A DNA stretch of 64,000 nt from Octopus sinensis (taxonomy: Eukaryota): contig NC_043002.1 in NCBI RefSeq assembly GCF_006345805.1, positions 57,722,001 to 57,786,000 of the forward strand, written 5' to 3'. The notes beneath the pieces were generated by a model. It saw only the letters and a program-made list of their open reading frames with translations, had not been told where the DNA came from and ran no database searches. Within the stretch, counting starts at the first letter, position 1. Each line of letters opens with the position of its first letter. Below are positions 13,006-25,865 of the stretch, in pieces. The position numbers and the translations under genes are program-made.

Positions 13006-13055
<50 letters not shown>

Positions 13056-13194
13056 ATATATGTATATATATATATAGATGTATATATATATATATTATAT
13101 ATATATATATAATTATATATATTATTTGTTATTATGTATTGGTTATGTCTATCACTGTTTGAGTTGCATAATAGTGGTTTTATCTTTAATTCAT
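12960..13194. repeat. ~40-bp inverted repeat flanking a (TA)n tract
   Basis: tatgaattagagatgaaaccactattatgcaac..cagtgata (12960-13001) vs tatcactg..gttgcataatagtggttttatctttaattcata (13150-13194). Confidence 0.7.
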
Positions 13195-13249
13195 ACTTTA
13201 TATATACATATATATATATATAAATTCTATAATTATAAGCACAATTATA

Positions 13250-13485
13250 ATTAGGGTTCAGCAAATTACTTCACCACATACCGAAATTTAGAAATAGCAG
13301 TTAAATACTATTCCTCTACTATACAATATCTCCCAGACAGCAATACTCCTAATTCACGTAGGTAAAGAGAAAAAAATAACGAATCCACATACGCGTTTCT
13401 GAGTTAAATTTGAGAGTAAGTACCGAACTACTTGGTAAAATTATTAATTATTAATTAATTAAATAATTTTACACTTAATTATTTT
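13250..13485. mobile_element. Diverged relative of the 557-bp unit with a half hammerhead
   Basis: aaattacttcaccacatac..ttagaaatagcag and tacttggtaaaatt..aattttacac resemble the 557-bp unit; the - strand has GAAAC-gc-GTA at ~13390-13402 with no 5' core. Confidence 0.45.
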
Positions 13486-13959
13486 TGAAAAAATATATAC
13501 ATATACATACATGTTTATATATATGCGTGTGTGTATATACTCTTATATGGATATACGCGTTTATATACACACGCATCAAACGCACGCACATGCACACATA
13601 CAAACACTCACACATATTTAGATACGTCACAAATCCAATTGCTTCTTTTCATCTAAAACTGCAGCCTAGACGAGACAAAAAAATTCAACAAAAGAACGTT
13701 ATTGATCTCAGAGTATGGGATTTATGATATGAAAGTGCTAGCTGGAATCATATATAAGAAAAAAAATAAAGATGAGCTGTAATATTGGTAATGTCAGAGT
13801 ACGTTTAAAAGGATGCTCTGGCCGTGTGTATAATAGAATAAAATAATAGGGAAGCTCAACTTGGTAATGGAAACACCAATCCTACAAAAAAGATGAAATG
13901 AATAAAAAGAAGTGAGAGAGCAAGAGACGTTCGTTTGGTTAGTCATTCATCTTTGTACA

Positions 13960-14118
13960 TAGTTCGTCTTTACGTTCTGAGTTCAAATTCTGCCGAGGTA
14001 GACTTTGCCTTTCATCCTTCCGGGGTTGATATATTAAGTACCAGTGAAACAATGGAGTCGATATAATCGACCAGTCCGCACCCCACAAATCTGTGGCATT
14101 GTACTCCCAGTAGAAAGG
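13960..14118 (+). mobile_element. SINE family B (gttcaaattcc gccgaggtcgactttgcctttcatcc core) with (ATT)n tail
   Basis: Core motif shared with >12 copies in window. Confidence 0.75.
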
Positions 14119-14196
<78 letters not shown>

Positions 14197-14628
14197 CATC
14201 ATCATCATTGTTATTATTATGAAGACGATATCAAAATAATGGCATGATCAAAATGCAAGTTAATAATTTATATATACTTACTGTCTCTGGTGAAAATGTT
14301 TACATGCGTATATATTTACGCACACACACAAACACACACATATATATATATATAAATAAGTCTTGTGTAGATCAAAACCGCAACACTGGAATGGTTATCA
14401 TTAGAGGTGAGTATTAGATTTGAAAACCTGCTTTCATGTAGATCTTAAAAAACGTTGCCTTCGAGCTGCTGCATGAGTGAGTTATTGAGAGAAAAATTAA
14501 CATAATGCCACAGAGAGATAAATGGCGGCCATTGAGAGTCAGATCACTTACGAACGAATAAATGAACAAAGAAAGAAAAGACACCATCAATATAATAATT
14601 CATATTCCTAACACATCATTATGTATAT

Positions 14629-14664
<36 letters not shown>

Positions 14665-15599
14665 GAGTTCGGGGTATTACGGCAACAGACGGTTTTATTT
14701 TTATTTTCTGGCCATTATACAGCTCAATTTATTCGTGTGGATAAAATAAAAAGAAAGAAAAAGTGTGTCTCTCTGTGTTTGTATGTGTATATGTGTATGA
14801 AAACATGTGAATGTTTATGTATGTAAATGTGTGTGTACAAGCCAATACACTTATGTATGCATACCTGTATGTATGTATGTATGTATGTATGTATGTATGT
14901 ATGTATGTATGTATGTATGTATCTATCTATCTATCTATCTATCTATCTCTACCTGTGTGTGTGTGTGTTTGTGAGTTTATCTATACATATATGTAAATTT
15001 GAGTGTAACTATGCATATACATATATGTAGTGGTGTGCCCGTGTGTATATGTGTGTCCAGGTGTATGTGCGAGAACGTTAATGTGCGTGTGTGTGTGTGT
15101 GTGTGTGGTGTGTGTATTTGCGTAGATATAGAAATGCTCACCTATTTTTGTATATAAATATATATGCACATTTAGAAGTAACCACGCATATACATGTATG
15201 TGTGTGTGCGAGCGTGTGTGGTGTGCGAGCGTGTGTGTGTGTGTGCATTTGTGTGTTTGCGTTTGTCTGTGGAATGATATATGTACATACATCAGAATAT
15301 GTTAATGCATAAAATAGTCTACATATCTGCATGTATATATAGACGTGCATGTGCATGTATAAGCTTCTGATCATGTGTGACAGAAACACTGCATTTCACA
15401 TATATAATACGCGCATAAAGACATGCACGTGCACACACACACAAACACACGCACACATAATTATACATACATGTATACATATACCTATAATTATATACAT
15501 TTCACATATTAGTAACGCATACATATACACACGCATGTGTGTACCGTTGGCGATTTTTTTTCCTCTGTCTTCCCTTCTCTGGATCTTTCCTTCCCCTAT

Positions 15600-15634
15600 G
15601 TTTCCGATGAAGAGCTCCGCTCGAAACGTTAAAC
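15600..15634 (+). ncRNA. Minimal hammerhead motif (U4C variant)
   Basis: gttt-CCGATGA-a-gagc-tcc-gctc-GAAAC-GTT^aaac. Confidence 0.6.
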
Positions 15635-16040
15635 CCTCCTTCTTTCCTCTTTCCTGAGCGTCCAATAATAATATATTTGTTCCACGTCCTCGCGTTGTTG
15701 TGTTTTTTTGGTGCTTTCTTGTTTGGATTAACTTTATATACCGCACGCTCACACGGACCCCGGCCCTCTAAGTGCCTTGGATACCAATTCCTGGATTTTT
15801 ACACCTACGGATTACTGTTTCCTTTCTTCCGGAGTACGCCACTGAAATCGTGATTGAAAATCAAAAAAATTTGTCCGTGACTCTTCCACTTTTCCTCGTC
15901 CTTTTTTACCTTTCTTCTACTTCCAATTTTCCACTTGTGTCGCCACCACTTACACCTACATAGACATTCACTGACCTCGTGTGTACCGTTGGCGATTTTT
16001 TCCCTCTGTCTTGCCTTCTTTGGATCTTTCCTTCTCCTAT

Positions 16041-16075
16041 GTTTCCGACGAAGAGCTTCGCTCGAAACGTTAAAC
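16041..16075 (+). ncRNA. Minimal hammerhead motif (U4C variant)
   Basis: gttt-CCGACGA-a-gagc-ttc-gctc-GAAAC-GTT^aaac. Confidence 0.6.
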
Positions 16076-16148
16076 GTCCAATAATACTATATTTGTTCCA
16101 CGTCCTCGCGTTGTTGTGTTTTTTTGTGCTTTCTTGTTTGGATTAACC

Positions 16149-16184
<36 letters not shown>

Positions 16185-16193
16185 CACACACAC

Positions 16194-16240
<47 letters not shown>

Positions 16241-16420
16241 CAATTTACAAGAAAGATCCAGAGGAACGGTTACAAGGTAGCCAAATGTCAAATAAGCGCC
16301 TAAGAAACTAGTAATCACACTTTCGTGGGTGTTCATACCGAAGAGTGGGACGTGTTTTGGAGAACATAAGAATATTGGAAAATGGATACAAACGGTCAAG
16401 ATATTATTTGAATCATTTTT

Positions 16421-16510
16421 ATCACCGACATATGTTTCGATAGATGCATTAAAGTAAATTCGAGAGGAAGAGTAATGTGGAAAAATGCATCCATCTCATC
16501 AGGGAGGAGA
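16421..16510 (-). ncRNA. Hammerhead ribozyme with 12-bp stem II
   Basis: cc-CTGATGA-gatggatgcatt..aatgcatctatc-GAAAC-atat-GTC^gg; canonical core; palindrome acatatgt. Confidence 0.75.
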
Positions 16511-16588
16511 TTATAAATTACAGTGCTCACCAATAAGTCATTTTATAGATGTAAGAAACTTCAATATAATATATATATATATATATAT

Positions 16589-16638
<50 letters not shown>

Positions 16639-16704
16639 GTGTGTGTGTGTGTGTGTGGTGTGTGTGTGTGTGTGCGTGCGTGCGTGTGTGCGTGTGTGTG
16701 TGTT

Positions 16705-16735
<31 letters not shown>

Positions 16736-16768
16736 GTATAAATGGAGTTAAACGCCGGTTTAACTTTT

Positions 16769-16857
16769 ACTTCCGACTCATGTTTCGAAAATATCACTGG
16801 TAATATTCCAAAGGAATAAAATAGTGTAAAACAATGTAATCTTCACTTCAGGGAAGT
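16769..16857 (-). ncRNA. Hammerhead motif (A9U variant)
   Basis: acttcc-CTGAAGT-gaagat..attttc-GAAAC-atga-GTC^ggaagt; 6-bp stem I. Confidence 0.6.
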
Positions 16858-16998
16858 GAAGAAATGAAACTCGTCAATATATATACATGTTCAATTTACA
16901 AGAAACATCCAGACGAACGGTGACAAGGTAGCCAAATGTCAAATAAGCGCATAAGAAATTAGTAACCACACTTGTCTTATTGACAAGTGTCATTTCTT

Positions 16999-17087
16999 CA
17001 CTCCCTGAAGAGAAGATTATATTGTTTCACACAATTTTATTCCTTTGGAATAATACCAGTGATATCTTCGAAACATGTGTCGGAAGT
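16999..17087 (+). ncRNA. Hammerhead ribozyme
   Basis: tcc-CTGAAGA-gaagat..atcttc-GAAAC-atgt-GTC^gga; canonical core. Confidence 0.75.
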
Positions 17088-18223
17088 ATAGGAATTTGAA
17101 TAGCACCTGCGTTTAACTTCATTTATTTATTTATATATATTATACAGAATATTTCACGTAAACCCTAAGTTTCTACCTTTAAAAACAAGGAGTTACAACC
17201 TTCTTACTTGTGTGCTTTTTTGCTACCCGGGTAACTATTTATATATTTTTTCCGTGTTAATTGTTAACAAAGGAAAATACACACTTATATATATATATAT
17301 ATGTTTGTGTGTGTGTGTGTGTGTGGAAAACAGAGGTGGATAGGGAACGCTAGCAATATCGAAATACCGTTAAGAAAATTGACGTCATAAGGCGAGAAAA
17401 CGAAAGACAGAAAGAGAATTATAGGAGTAATAGAGGTACACATACACACACACACAAACACACGCACATATAGAAGTATACATACAGATATGAAAATAGC
17501 TAAGATTACATACAGTTCACATGTTAGTAGCACACTCATACACACACACACACATACACACACAAACTCACATACGCACAAACGCACACGTATATATATA
17601 AGTATACATACAGGTATGCAAATACCTAAAATTATATACAGTTCACATGTTAGTAGCATACTCATATACACACACATGTATACACACACATATACACACA
17701 TATACATGATTACGCATATATGCAGATATAATGATATGCATGCATTCACATGCTACTTATCCCCACGCGCACGCACATATCATCGTTCTGATTGATCCAT
17801 CCGCTTCAATTTTTTTGCGAGTGAGATAAAATGGCTCATCCTCAGCCACTTCGTGGTAATACTAATTATAATTCAGCAGCAGAATCCTATTTTATCTATT
17901 TCTTTTGCAGTAACGAAGAAAATGACGAGCATACAAAAGAAAAAAAACTTGAAATTCCAATGGCGTATATAAATGCATTAGGATGTTAGTCGGATCTGCT
18001 CACTGTTTTGCCGAATTTCAAATTATTTGGGAGGATCAAGATTGACAGAAGTTCTTTTTTTTATCAGATTGGTGAGGAAATAGAGATATTAATTACGAGA
18101 ACGAGAATAGATAATAGTTTTTTCAAAAAGAAGTGAAGAAAGGATATAATTGAACTCTCCTTACATATGTAATGACCACGTTCTATTCTTATCTTTAGAC
18201 GAGTAAGGATAGTAATATTGCCA

Positions 18224-18607
18224 AGTAATATTCGCAGCCACTTTAACATGGCTGTCCGTTCGAGCGGACTCTACTGCAAGTTATTTAACTCCAAGATGAC
18301 ATCTTCTCTAGCTGGCTGGTTAAACTGCAATTTTTTCAACGCAAGAAAACGTCTTCTCTAGCTGGTTAAACTGCGATTTTTAACCCCAAGAGAACGCCAT
18401 CTCTAGCTGGTAAGCTGCGATTTTTTAAACCCAAGAGCACATCGCCTCTAGCTGGTTAACGATGTACAGCTGCATCCGATAAAACTGCAAGTCGGGGAGC
18501 GAACTTCTACCATCTGCCAGCTAGAGGAGATGTCCTCTTGGGGTTAAAATATCGCAGTAGAGTCCGCTCGAACGGACAGCCATGTTAAAGGGGCTACGAA
18601 TATTACT
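18224..18607. mobile_element. MITE-like foldback with internal ~45-bp tandem repeats
   Basis: Perfect IR taacatggctgtccgttcgagcggactctactgc / gcagtagagtccgctcgaacggacagccatgtta, extended imperfectly both ways; ccaagag..ctctagctgg unit repeated about 4 times inside. Confidence 0.8.
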
Positions 18608-18649
18608 CGTCAGTACAACTACTACGTTGAGCTATTACTAATATTGTTC

Positions 18650-18860
18650 ACAAGTTTTGGCACAAGGCCAGCAATTTCAGAGGAGGGTTAAGTCGATTAC
18701 ATTGACCCCAGTATTTAACTGCTACTTATTTTTGTAGACGCCTACAGGATGAAAGGTAAAGTTGACCTCAGCGGAATTTGAACGAAGATCGCAAGGATGG
18801 ACGAAATGCTGCTGAGCCTCTTACCCGGGGTGCTGCCGATTCACTCAGCTTGCTGCTATA
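18650..18860 (-). mobile_element. SINE family B, diverged
   Basis: Reverse complement of the gttcaaattccgctgaggtcaactttacctttcatcc core. Confidence 0.65.
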
Positions 18861-19401
18861 GTGCGGACAGTAACAATAATTAACGAATGATAAAAGAGCA
18901 AAAGTTCTGTACTCACTTTCATTGACTTTCAGTCGTTTCTACAACAGGAAATTTGCATTCAGGGATGGGTGCTCGTGCGACACTTAAGAGACTTATCAAA
19001 GCCATTGAAAATTTTAGGTTAATTCTAGAAAATTATTAAATGCATACACACATACACAAACACACAAGCTAATATATATTTACAGAAAGAGAGGGAGAGA
19101 GAGAGAGAGAGGAAATGATGGAAAGAAAGGCAGAAAGAGAGAGTAGTACAATACGGAGTGGATTCATTTTTTTGACGGTCATATTTTTTTCCAAATTCAA
19201 ATATTCACGGAAGATTTTTCCTTTCCATTCTCAATTCAAGTTTCATTTTTTGACTCCATAGTGGATAACGTCTTAATTCTTCAAAAGTTGACAGAATAAA
19301 GATTTCTATATAGTCGAGCCAACCGCCGTCGAGCCCCTGTTGTCGTCTAAAAAGGGAAAATGTCTGATCTTCGATAATGTAGCCCCGCACACACACGTGT
19401 A

Positions 19402-19995
<594 letters not shown>

Positions 19996-20202
19996 TACGG
20001 AGATGTACTCGCATAGCAAGTAATTTGATCTGAGATCGTGTGCTGAAACGAAAACAATTGCAGCGTGGAAGGTGTTTATAAGCCATTTAAGAAACACACA
20101 AAAGCCGTTCGATTCATTTCAACATTAAACTTAAATGTTGAAGTGAATCGAACGGCTTTTGTGTGTTTCTTAAATGGCTTATAAACACCTTCCACGCTGC
20201 AA
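19996..20202. repeat. Foldback: 69-bp near-perfect hairpin plus one-sided extension, inserted in (TA)n
   Basis: Arms 20058-20126 and 20134-20202 with one mismatch; 7-nt loop. Confidence 0.9.
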
Positions 20203-20266
<64 letters not shown>

Positions 20267-21654
20267 CGAATCATGTGTGTGGCAACAGAAGAAGTAGATC
20301 TGAGTATCATTGAAATAGAAGAAATATATTTGATATATTATACAAATACAGAACGTTCACACAAAGTAATAGAACTTTGGCTGGCAAGCTACAGGAATGA
20401 AGTTATCCGATTATACGTGTGTGTCTGTGAGCGCGCTGTTGTGTGCGTATCAAACAGGAAAATCAAACCTGGAAAGCCATTTTTAATGTTGCTCTAACTA
20501 TTCAGGGATGAATGAGATATTTTATCCTCAGCAACAACCGGCTCTTGGTTGGCTTGTTCTATGCATCTCTAGCCCTGCGTTAATTATAGCAATAAATTAT
20601 TGAAATGTTAACACAAAACTTTTCCCTTGTGACCTTGTGCAAATATAACATCTAACTGAAGAATTAGAGAAAGTTTTCATTTCATTGGGATATCTTTAAA
20701 ATTTCCACGAACTCTTTCTAAATTAGCGTTAGGATAACCTCAGGAATATTTGACCAATAGCCATTTGGATCTGTGGCAGATTTAACATCGGATGATTTCA
20801 CTAATGAGTGATTTGGGTTTTAATGTCGGAGGAGTTTATTTCCTGGAATAATTGACTGGAAATTTTGAGCATTAGAGAATTTGACGAGTGTTGTTTGTAA
20901 ATAATCTGCAAACGGTTTAAGCCATTGAGATATTTTAGTTCCTCACCGGAGTATATATGGCGTCTGTGCGAATTCACTAATGAAATATGCTTATCACTGG
21001 AAAATTTGAGCGTTGGATCATTTAACCTATAACGTATTTAACGACCATCGATTGATTTGATGCTTGCATGGTTTCTGCTGTGAAAGATATGGCGACTAGA
21101 AGGAAGTTTCACTAAAGTGCGATCGGAGTAGTGACTGAAATTAGCTGAAAGATTTGATTACTGAAAAATAGATGATTCGACTATTAGTAATATAATCATC
21201 GCAATATTTAACTGCTGAAAGTTATAACGGCAGCGAGATTTTAAAGACAGAAATAGCTCTCCACCAATATTTGACTAGTTTAACGATCGTTACATCAGTT
21301 AGCTCAGCATTTTCTTTGAGAATCTATTGCTTCGTAATTGACACTAGATTATGATCGAGAGGATAAAACAAAAATATCTTGAATTAGTTTTCTTAATTCT
21401 TATATTATTTCTAAAAGTTGTCTTTTGTTCTCACCCACCTACTCCACCATTTTTATTTTGATGAATTTTAAGCGAAACGAAAATAGATTTGGAAATGTAT
21501 GGATGTGACGTAAAAGTATTGTGCAAGATATTGAGTGAAACAATATCTTGTATTATAATATCGTCTTTTACTATTGCAGTTGGTATCTTAGAGATTGAAG
21601 CGGGTGTGTCGTATATTAATAGTGGGTGAATTGCCTGTCTGGTTCTCCGTCTGA

Positions 21655-21897
21655 CACGACGACGAGCGTTCAAGTTGTTTCGATCAACGGATCAGCCTGC
21701 TCGTGAAATTAACCTACAAGTGGTTGAGCTCACCACAGACACGCGTACCTTTGACATAGTTCTCAGGGAAATTCAGCGTGATAAGCCTGAGTCGATTGGA
21801 ACAACTGATAATAAAGCACACAACGCGCGGCCCAGAATCGAACTTACGACCTTCCGATCGTTAGCCAAATGGTCTAACCACTGAGCCACCTGCCTTC
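21655..21897 (-). mobile_element. tRNA-derived SINE (head fused to the gtgtcacgctgaat..cgtcgtcgt 3' module)
   Basis: tggctcagtggttaga A box, gttcgattc B box; 3' module shared with 25866 and 26206 copies. Confidence 0.75.
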
Positions 21898-22845
21898 ACG
21901 TGTATATGCCGCTGTATAAAGCACGCAGTGTATATTATAGAACGTAACAAATAGTAAAACAATTTATTTCGTATGAAAAGCATTATTGAATTCGGAAATG
22001 TAGTTGCGTGTCAAGTGATTTGATCTGAGGCTGTTAAAACTAAAACAATTACAACTTGGAAGGCACATTAACCATTCCAAAAATGTACAGGCTTTTAACT
22101 TCATTTAAACATTCATTATTTGGTGACAAACATTTTCATCGCACCGATTGCGACCCGGTCACTGACACGGCTCCACTGCAATTTTATTAGATTTGTTGTG
22201 AAGTAATATTAAGCATAAAGCATGTAACTAGCAGGAGGCCCAACATATTTCAAATTTGAGTCTATAGCACATTAGCGAATGGCATAATAACGGATTCTGT
22301 ATTAGGCACGGTGCCAACAATTTTAAGCGACAGTATATAGCATCAACACTGTGGAGGAGAAGAAGTAAAGATGATCCTGGCAGGATTAGATCTCAAAATA
22401 TACGGAGCTGGAATGAATGTCATAAAGCATCTTATAATAAATATAATCACGATAATAAATGTCACAAAAAATAATAATACATAAAACCTGCTGTTGCTAG
22501 CAAAGATGTTGTTGATTTATGTTGCCATTCTTATTTTCCGTTCATCGTGTCTAGCAGATATGTAACTGAAGATGTCCCGACCATAATAATCAACTCAATT
22601 CTCAAATTCTTTCCGTCGCTATGCTACGAAATATTTCACTTGTTTTCCTTATTCTTATGAAAGTAACATCAGTGTGTAATTTGGTGGAGATTTAACATTT
22701 ATTTCTAGTAGTCCAACAGCTTCCGTAGAGACTTTCTTAATGGATCATCATACCACTTTATATGGCTTAGTGCCAGCTACAATTGATTCTACTAAACAAA
22801 ATAACCAAAATGTAAATCGAATGTATCATGATATAATATATTACA

Positions 22846-22932
<87 letters not shown>

Positions 22933-23041
22933 TACTAAAATATCCCTCCTTCCACTAAGATGGAATGAAAACATTTTATGATAACATGAAATTGTAACAT
23001 TACCACTGACTTCTCATTCATGTAGCACAAACGAAACTGGC

Positions 23042-23103
<62 letters not shown>

Positions 23104-23151
23104 AAAATAAGACAAGCTAGAAAATGGTAAAATAATTTTATCATGGAGACA

Positions 23152-23195
23152 TTTTAGTACCGGTTTCAGACTTTGTGACTTCTTGAACTTAGAGT
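23152..23195 (-). ncRNA. Degenerate hammerhead motif downstream of the YLDD-type PLE
   Basis: ag-TTCAAGA-agtc acaaa gtct-GAAAC-cg-GTA^ct; palindrome accggt; 5' core mutated. Confidence 0.35.
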
Positions 23196-23432
23196 AATAA
23201 AATGAAAAACAAATTGTGGAAATATTAAATGAAATGTTTTTGAAATATTTCCATAGTTTTCAAATACAAGGGACATTTTCCTTTTTCCTGTGTGTCTGCC
23301 CGTCTCTCTTTTCCCTTGTAAAGGCTTGATAGTAAGTAGTAGGTAGTAGCAGTCCTAAAAGAATATTTGATATGAAAGATGTGAGTTCTTCGTTTTGATT
23401 GTTTAAGCAGCAGTAGCTAGGAAGGAGGCGGT

Positions 23433-23565
23433 GAAAAAGAAGAAGAAGAAGAAGGAGAAGAAGAAGAAGAAGAAGAAGAAGAAGAAGAAGAAGAAGAAGA
23501 AGAAGAAGAAGAAGAAGAAGAAGAAGAAGAAGAAGAAGAAGAAGAAGAAAAAGGAAAAGAAGAGA
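23433..23565 (+). repeat. (AAG)n microsatellite
   Basis: About 40 aag units. Confidence 0.95.
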
Positions 23566-23774
23566 AAGAATAAAGAAAAATATGGAAGTGGTATATCAGT
23601 AGTAAAGGTGGAATCCTCTTAAATGGTTGTGACCTAAAAGCACTTTGTTGTAGTTATAGTTGTGATTGGATTTTTTCTGAATAAATTCAAGGGTAGTGAC
23701 TGTTCTGAATATACCGTTTTTAATATTTGCAAGGATATTATTGTAAGACCTTTGTAGTAGTGTCATTTGTGGTG

Positions 23775-24880
23775 GTTACATTCGAAAGGGGTTTATATTT
23801 TGTGATAAAATATGACTCTTTGCTAATGCGCTGATTTGATAGAGAGGAAAACTTCTGAAGTTCGGATGTTCGTTAGCGGCGTAAATGTCCATATATTCTC
23901 TGAATGCTATTTTTCTGTATTCCCGAATTTTGATCTGGGATCTATATAGAGTCATCCTTTGACGTAGACTGTTTTTGGTTTGGCCTATGTATTGCTCTCA
24001 ACACCCTGAGGAAGTTAATACATATACTAGATTTTCCGAAGAACATGTGAAGTTGTTTTTCACTGTAGAACGTTGACCCTGTTTGAAAGAGAACTCCGAT
24101 CTCTCAATTAGGTCGACGCATATACTACAGTTAGGTCTTCCGCATCTTTTACTGACAGCTTCAGTGTTGTTGCCGAGTATACTTGGGCTTGTGTTAGTAA
24201 ACTTTTCATAGATTTGGCTTGTCTTTTGCTCTTTATGATGGTGTGCGTTTGGAGGGTTAAAAACATTCTGTGACCCCTTTTTAGTAGAGGAAGTTCTGGA
24301 GAATGGTGTCGAAGGTTTCATTGTTAAGGGGTTGTGTGTGAGGATGTATGGTAAGGCTTTTGGTTGTAAATCCTTCTTTAGTTTGAGATGTCTGAGTTCG
24401 TGGATGTTGAGTTGGAGGGCAATTTGAAAGCTATACCAATTAGTGATGATGAGTGTATCCTTTATGAAAGCTATACCAATTAGTGGTGATGAGTGTATCA
24501 TTTAGTTCTTGTAGCCGTGTATCCCTGGTGTCTGTATTAGAAACTATAGTACAAATCCTTTTTGATAGGTGTAAGACAATATTCATTCTAGTGTGTCTGG
24601 GGTGGCACGAGTTGAACGGTAGATATTGCTTCGAGTCCGTGGGCTTAGAGTATATAACTGTTTCTTTTTTGTTGTTAAATTTCTGAATGAGGATGTCGAG
24701 GAAAGGAAGATGTTGATGACTATACTCCAGCGTAAATTGAATATTTACGTCAAGTCCATTTATAAGTGCTTGAAATTCTTTAAGTCTGATTATACTTTTA
24801 TGCAAAGAATGAAACAGTCATCCAGGTACCTCTTCCAGTTATTTTCTATGTAGAGGGAGAATGGGTTGCCGTATTTTTCT
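23775..24880 (-). pseudogene. Penelope-like element ORF remnant (Neptune-like): RT catalytic end, thumb, Cys motif, GIY-YIG
   Basis: NWKRYLDDCFIL; IQFTLEYS..LPFLD..YSKPTDSKQYL..SCHPRH; CGRPNCSIC..FTCSSENLVYVLT..GC*EQYIGQTKNSLRQRM; ESYFITKYKP; stops and frameshifts. Confidence 0.9.
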
Positions 24881-25597
24881 AATACCTTACAATAAAAATA
24901 TATATATATCTGGACTTACTTATTTTATCGACCCCAATATGATGAAGGACAAAGCTGACTCTGGCAAAAATGGAATTCATGATGCAAAGCGGGATGAAAT
25001 GCTATTCACGTTTTTGTCTCACGTACTAATTTTCTAATATTTTCTACCTTATCCTATTTTCCTTATACATATCAACTCGTGTGTTACTTTTCAACCTTCT
25101 ACACACACACATACGCACACAAAATAAAAACACACACACATATGCACATGATCTTAGGTTAGGTCTAACTACCTCCGTTGTTTGGAGTTCTATTTCGCTG
25201 ACAAACTACTCGTCAGCTGAATGCAAACCATTCCGTGAGTATTTCATAGAAATTCCGATTTCTGTTAAATTAACTTTTTCAGAGGCACATGATCCGAAGA
25301 AGAGCCGTTTTAGTCCTGTTCTTGTAAACCATTCGCTCATTCACCCAGTTAGTAAACCATCAAGGAAGTACGCCGAGGTTTATAAGTTCCCTGTAAGCAA
25401 ACAGAACACTATTGAATCGATGTATTGACGTATGTTTCATTAAGAAGCAGCCGAAAATTCATGTGGCCGTGTTAGATGTGAATTACGTGGATAAAAGCTA
25501 AGATGAGCTCAAGGAGACTATCATTCTCTTGATGTGATTTTATTAGTCTTTCAGTTAAGGGATTCATTCAACTGATTCAAATAATTACCAGAATGTG

Positions 25598-25860
25598 ATG
25601 GCGGGTGGCTCAGTGGTTTGGGCGTTGGACTCACGGTTATAAGGTTGTGGTTTCGTTTCTTGGAGCGGGCGACGTAGTGTGTTCTTGAACAAAACACTTT
25701 ATTTCACGTTGCTTCAGTCCACTCAGCTGTGGATAAAAATGAGTAATCCCACGACGGAGCGGGGTCCCGTGAAGGAAGCGGGCATGGAATATATGCGCCA
25801 CGGAAACCAGGAAACCGACCCTATGAGTCTACATGAATCGGGAACGAACTTTGTCCTTAT
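25598..25860 (+). mobile_element. tRNA-derived SINE
   Basis: ggtggctcagtggtt head; gtgttcttgaacaaaacactttatttcacgttgc core shared with 37022 and 63258. Confidence 0.7.
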
Positions 25861-25865
25861 CTTCT

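Larger units (their letters stand above)
15537..16147 (+). mobile_element. Tandem direct pLTRs (~195 and ~170 bp) with ~245-bp spacer, PLE-like
   Basis: gtaccgttggcgattt..gtttggattaac at 15541-15732 and 15983-16147; each carries a minimal HHR. Confidence 0.8.
16741..17125. mobile_element. Outward-facing inverted pLTR pair with ~100-bp spacer
   Basis: 16741-16878 is the reverse complement of ~16978-17125; the spacer repeats 16236-16322 directly. Confidence 0.8.

Noticed and set aside
14371-14406. 36-nt AG..GTGAGT micro-exon candidate on +
   Set aside because: Weak polypyrimidine tract, no recognisable peptide, and expected by chance in 64 kb
22945-23045. ctaagatgg..cgaaactggcc before (TA)n
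   Set aside because: Possibly a very decayed HHR, but the core, triplet and stems are too degenerate to support
23431-23622. Poly-Lys ORF; likewise poly-Asn/Ile (13939-14247, 39986-40276) and poly-Met (60663-60854)
   Set aside because: Trinucleotide microsatellites
25195-25225. CTGACGA..GAAA on the - strand resembling a hammerhead
   Set aside because: The CUGAC is itself paired in a gctgac/gtcagc hairpin; no stem II, stem III or stem I can be built
25300-25400. Strong - strand acceptor gttctgtttgcttacag
   Set aside because: All three frames close within ~45 nt and no good donor follows
25081-25428. 115-aa + strand ORF
   Set aside because: Begins in a CA repeat, has no recognisable motif, and has no splice or homology support
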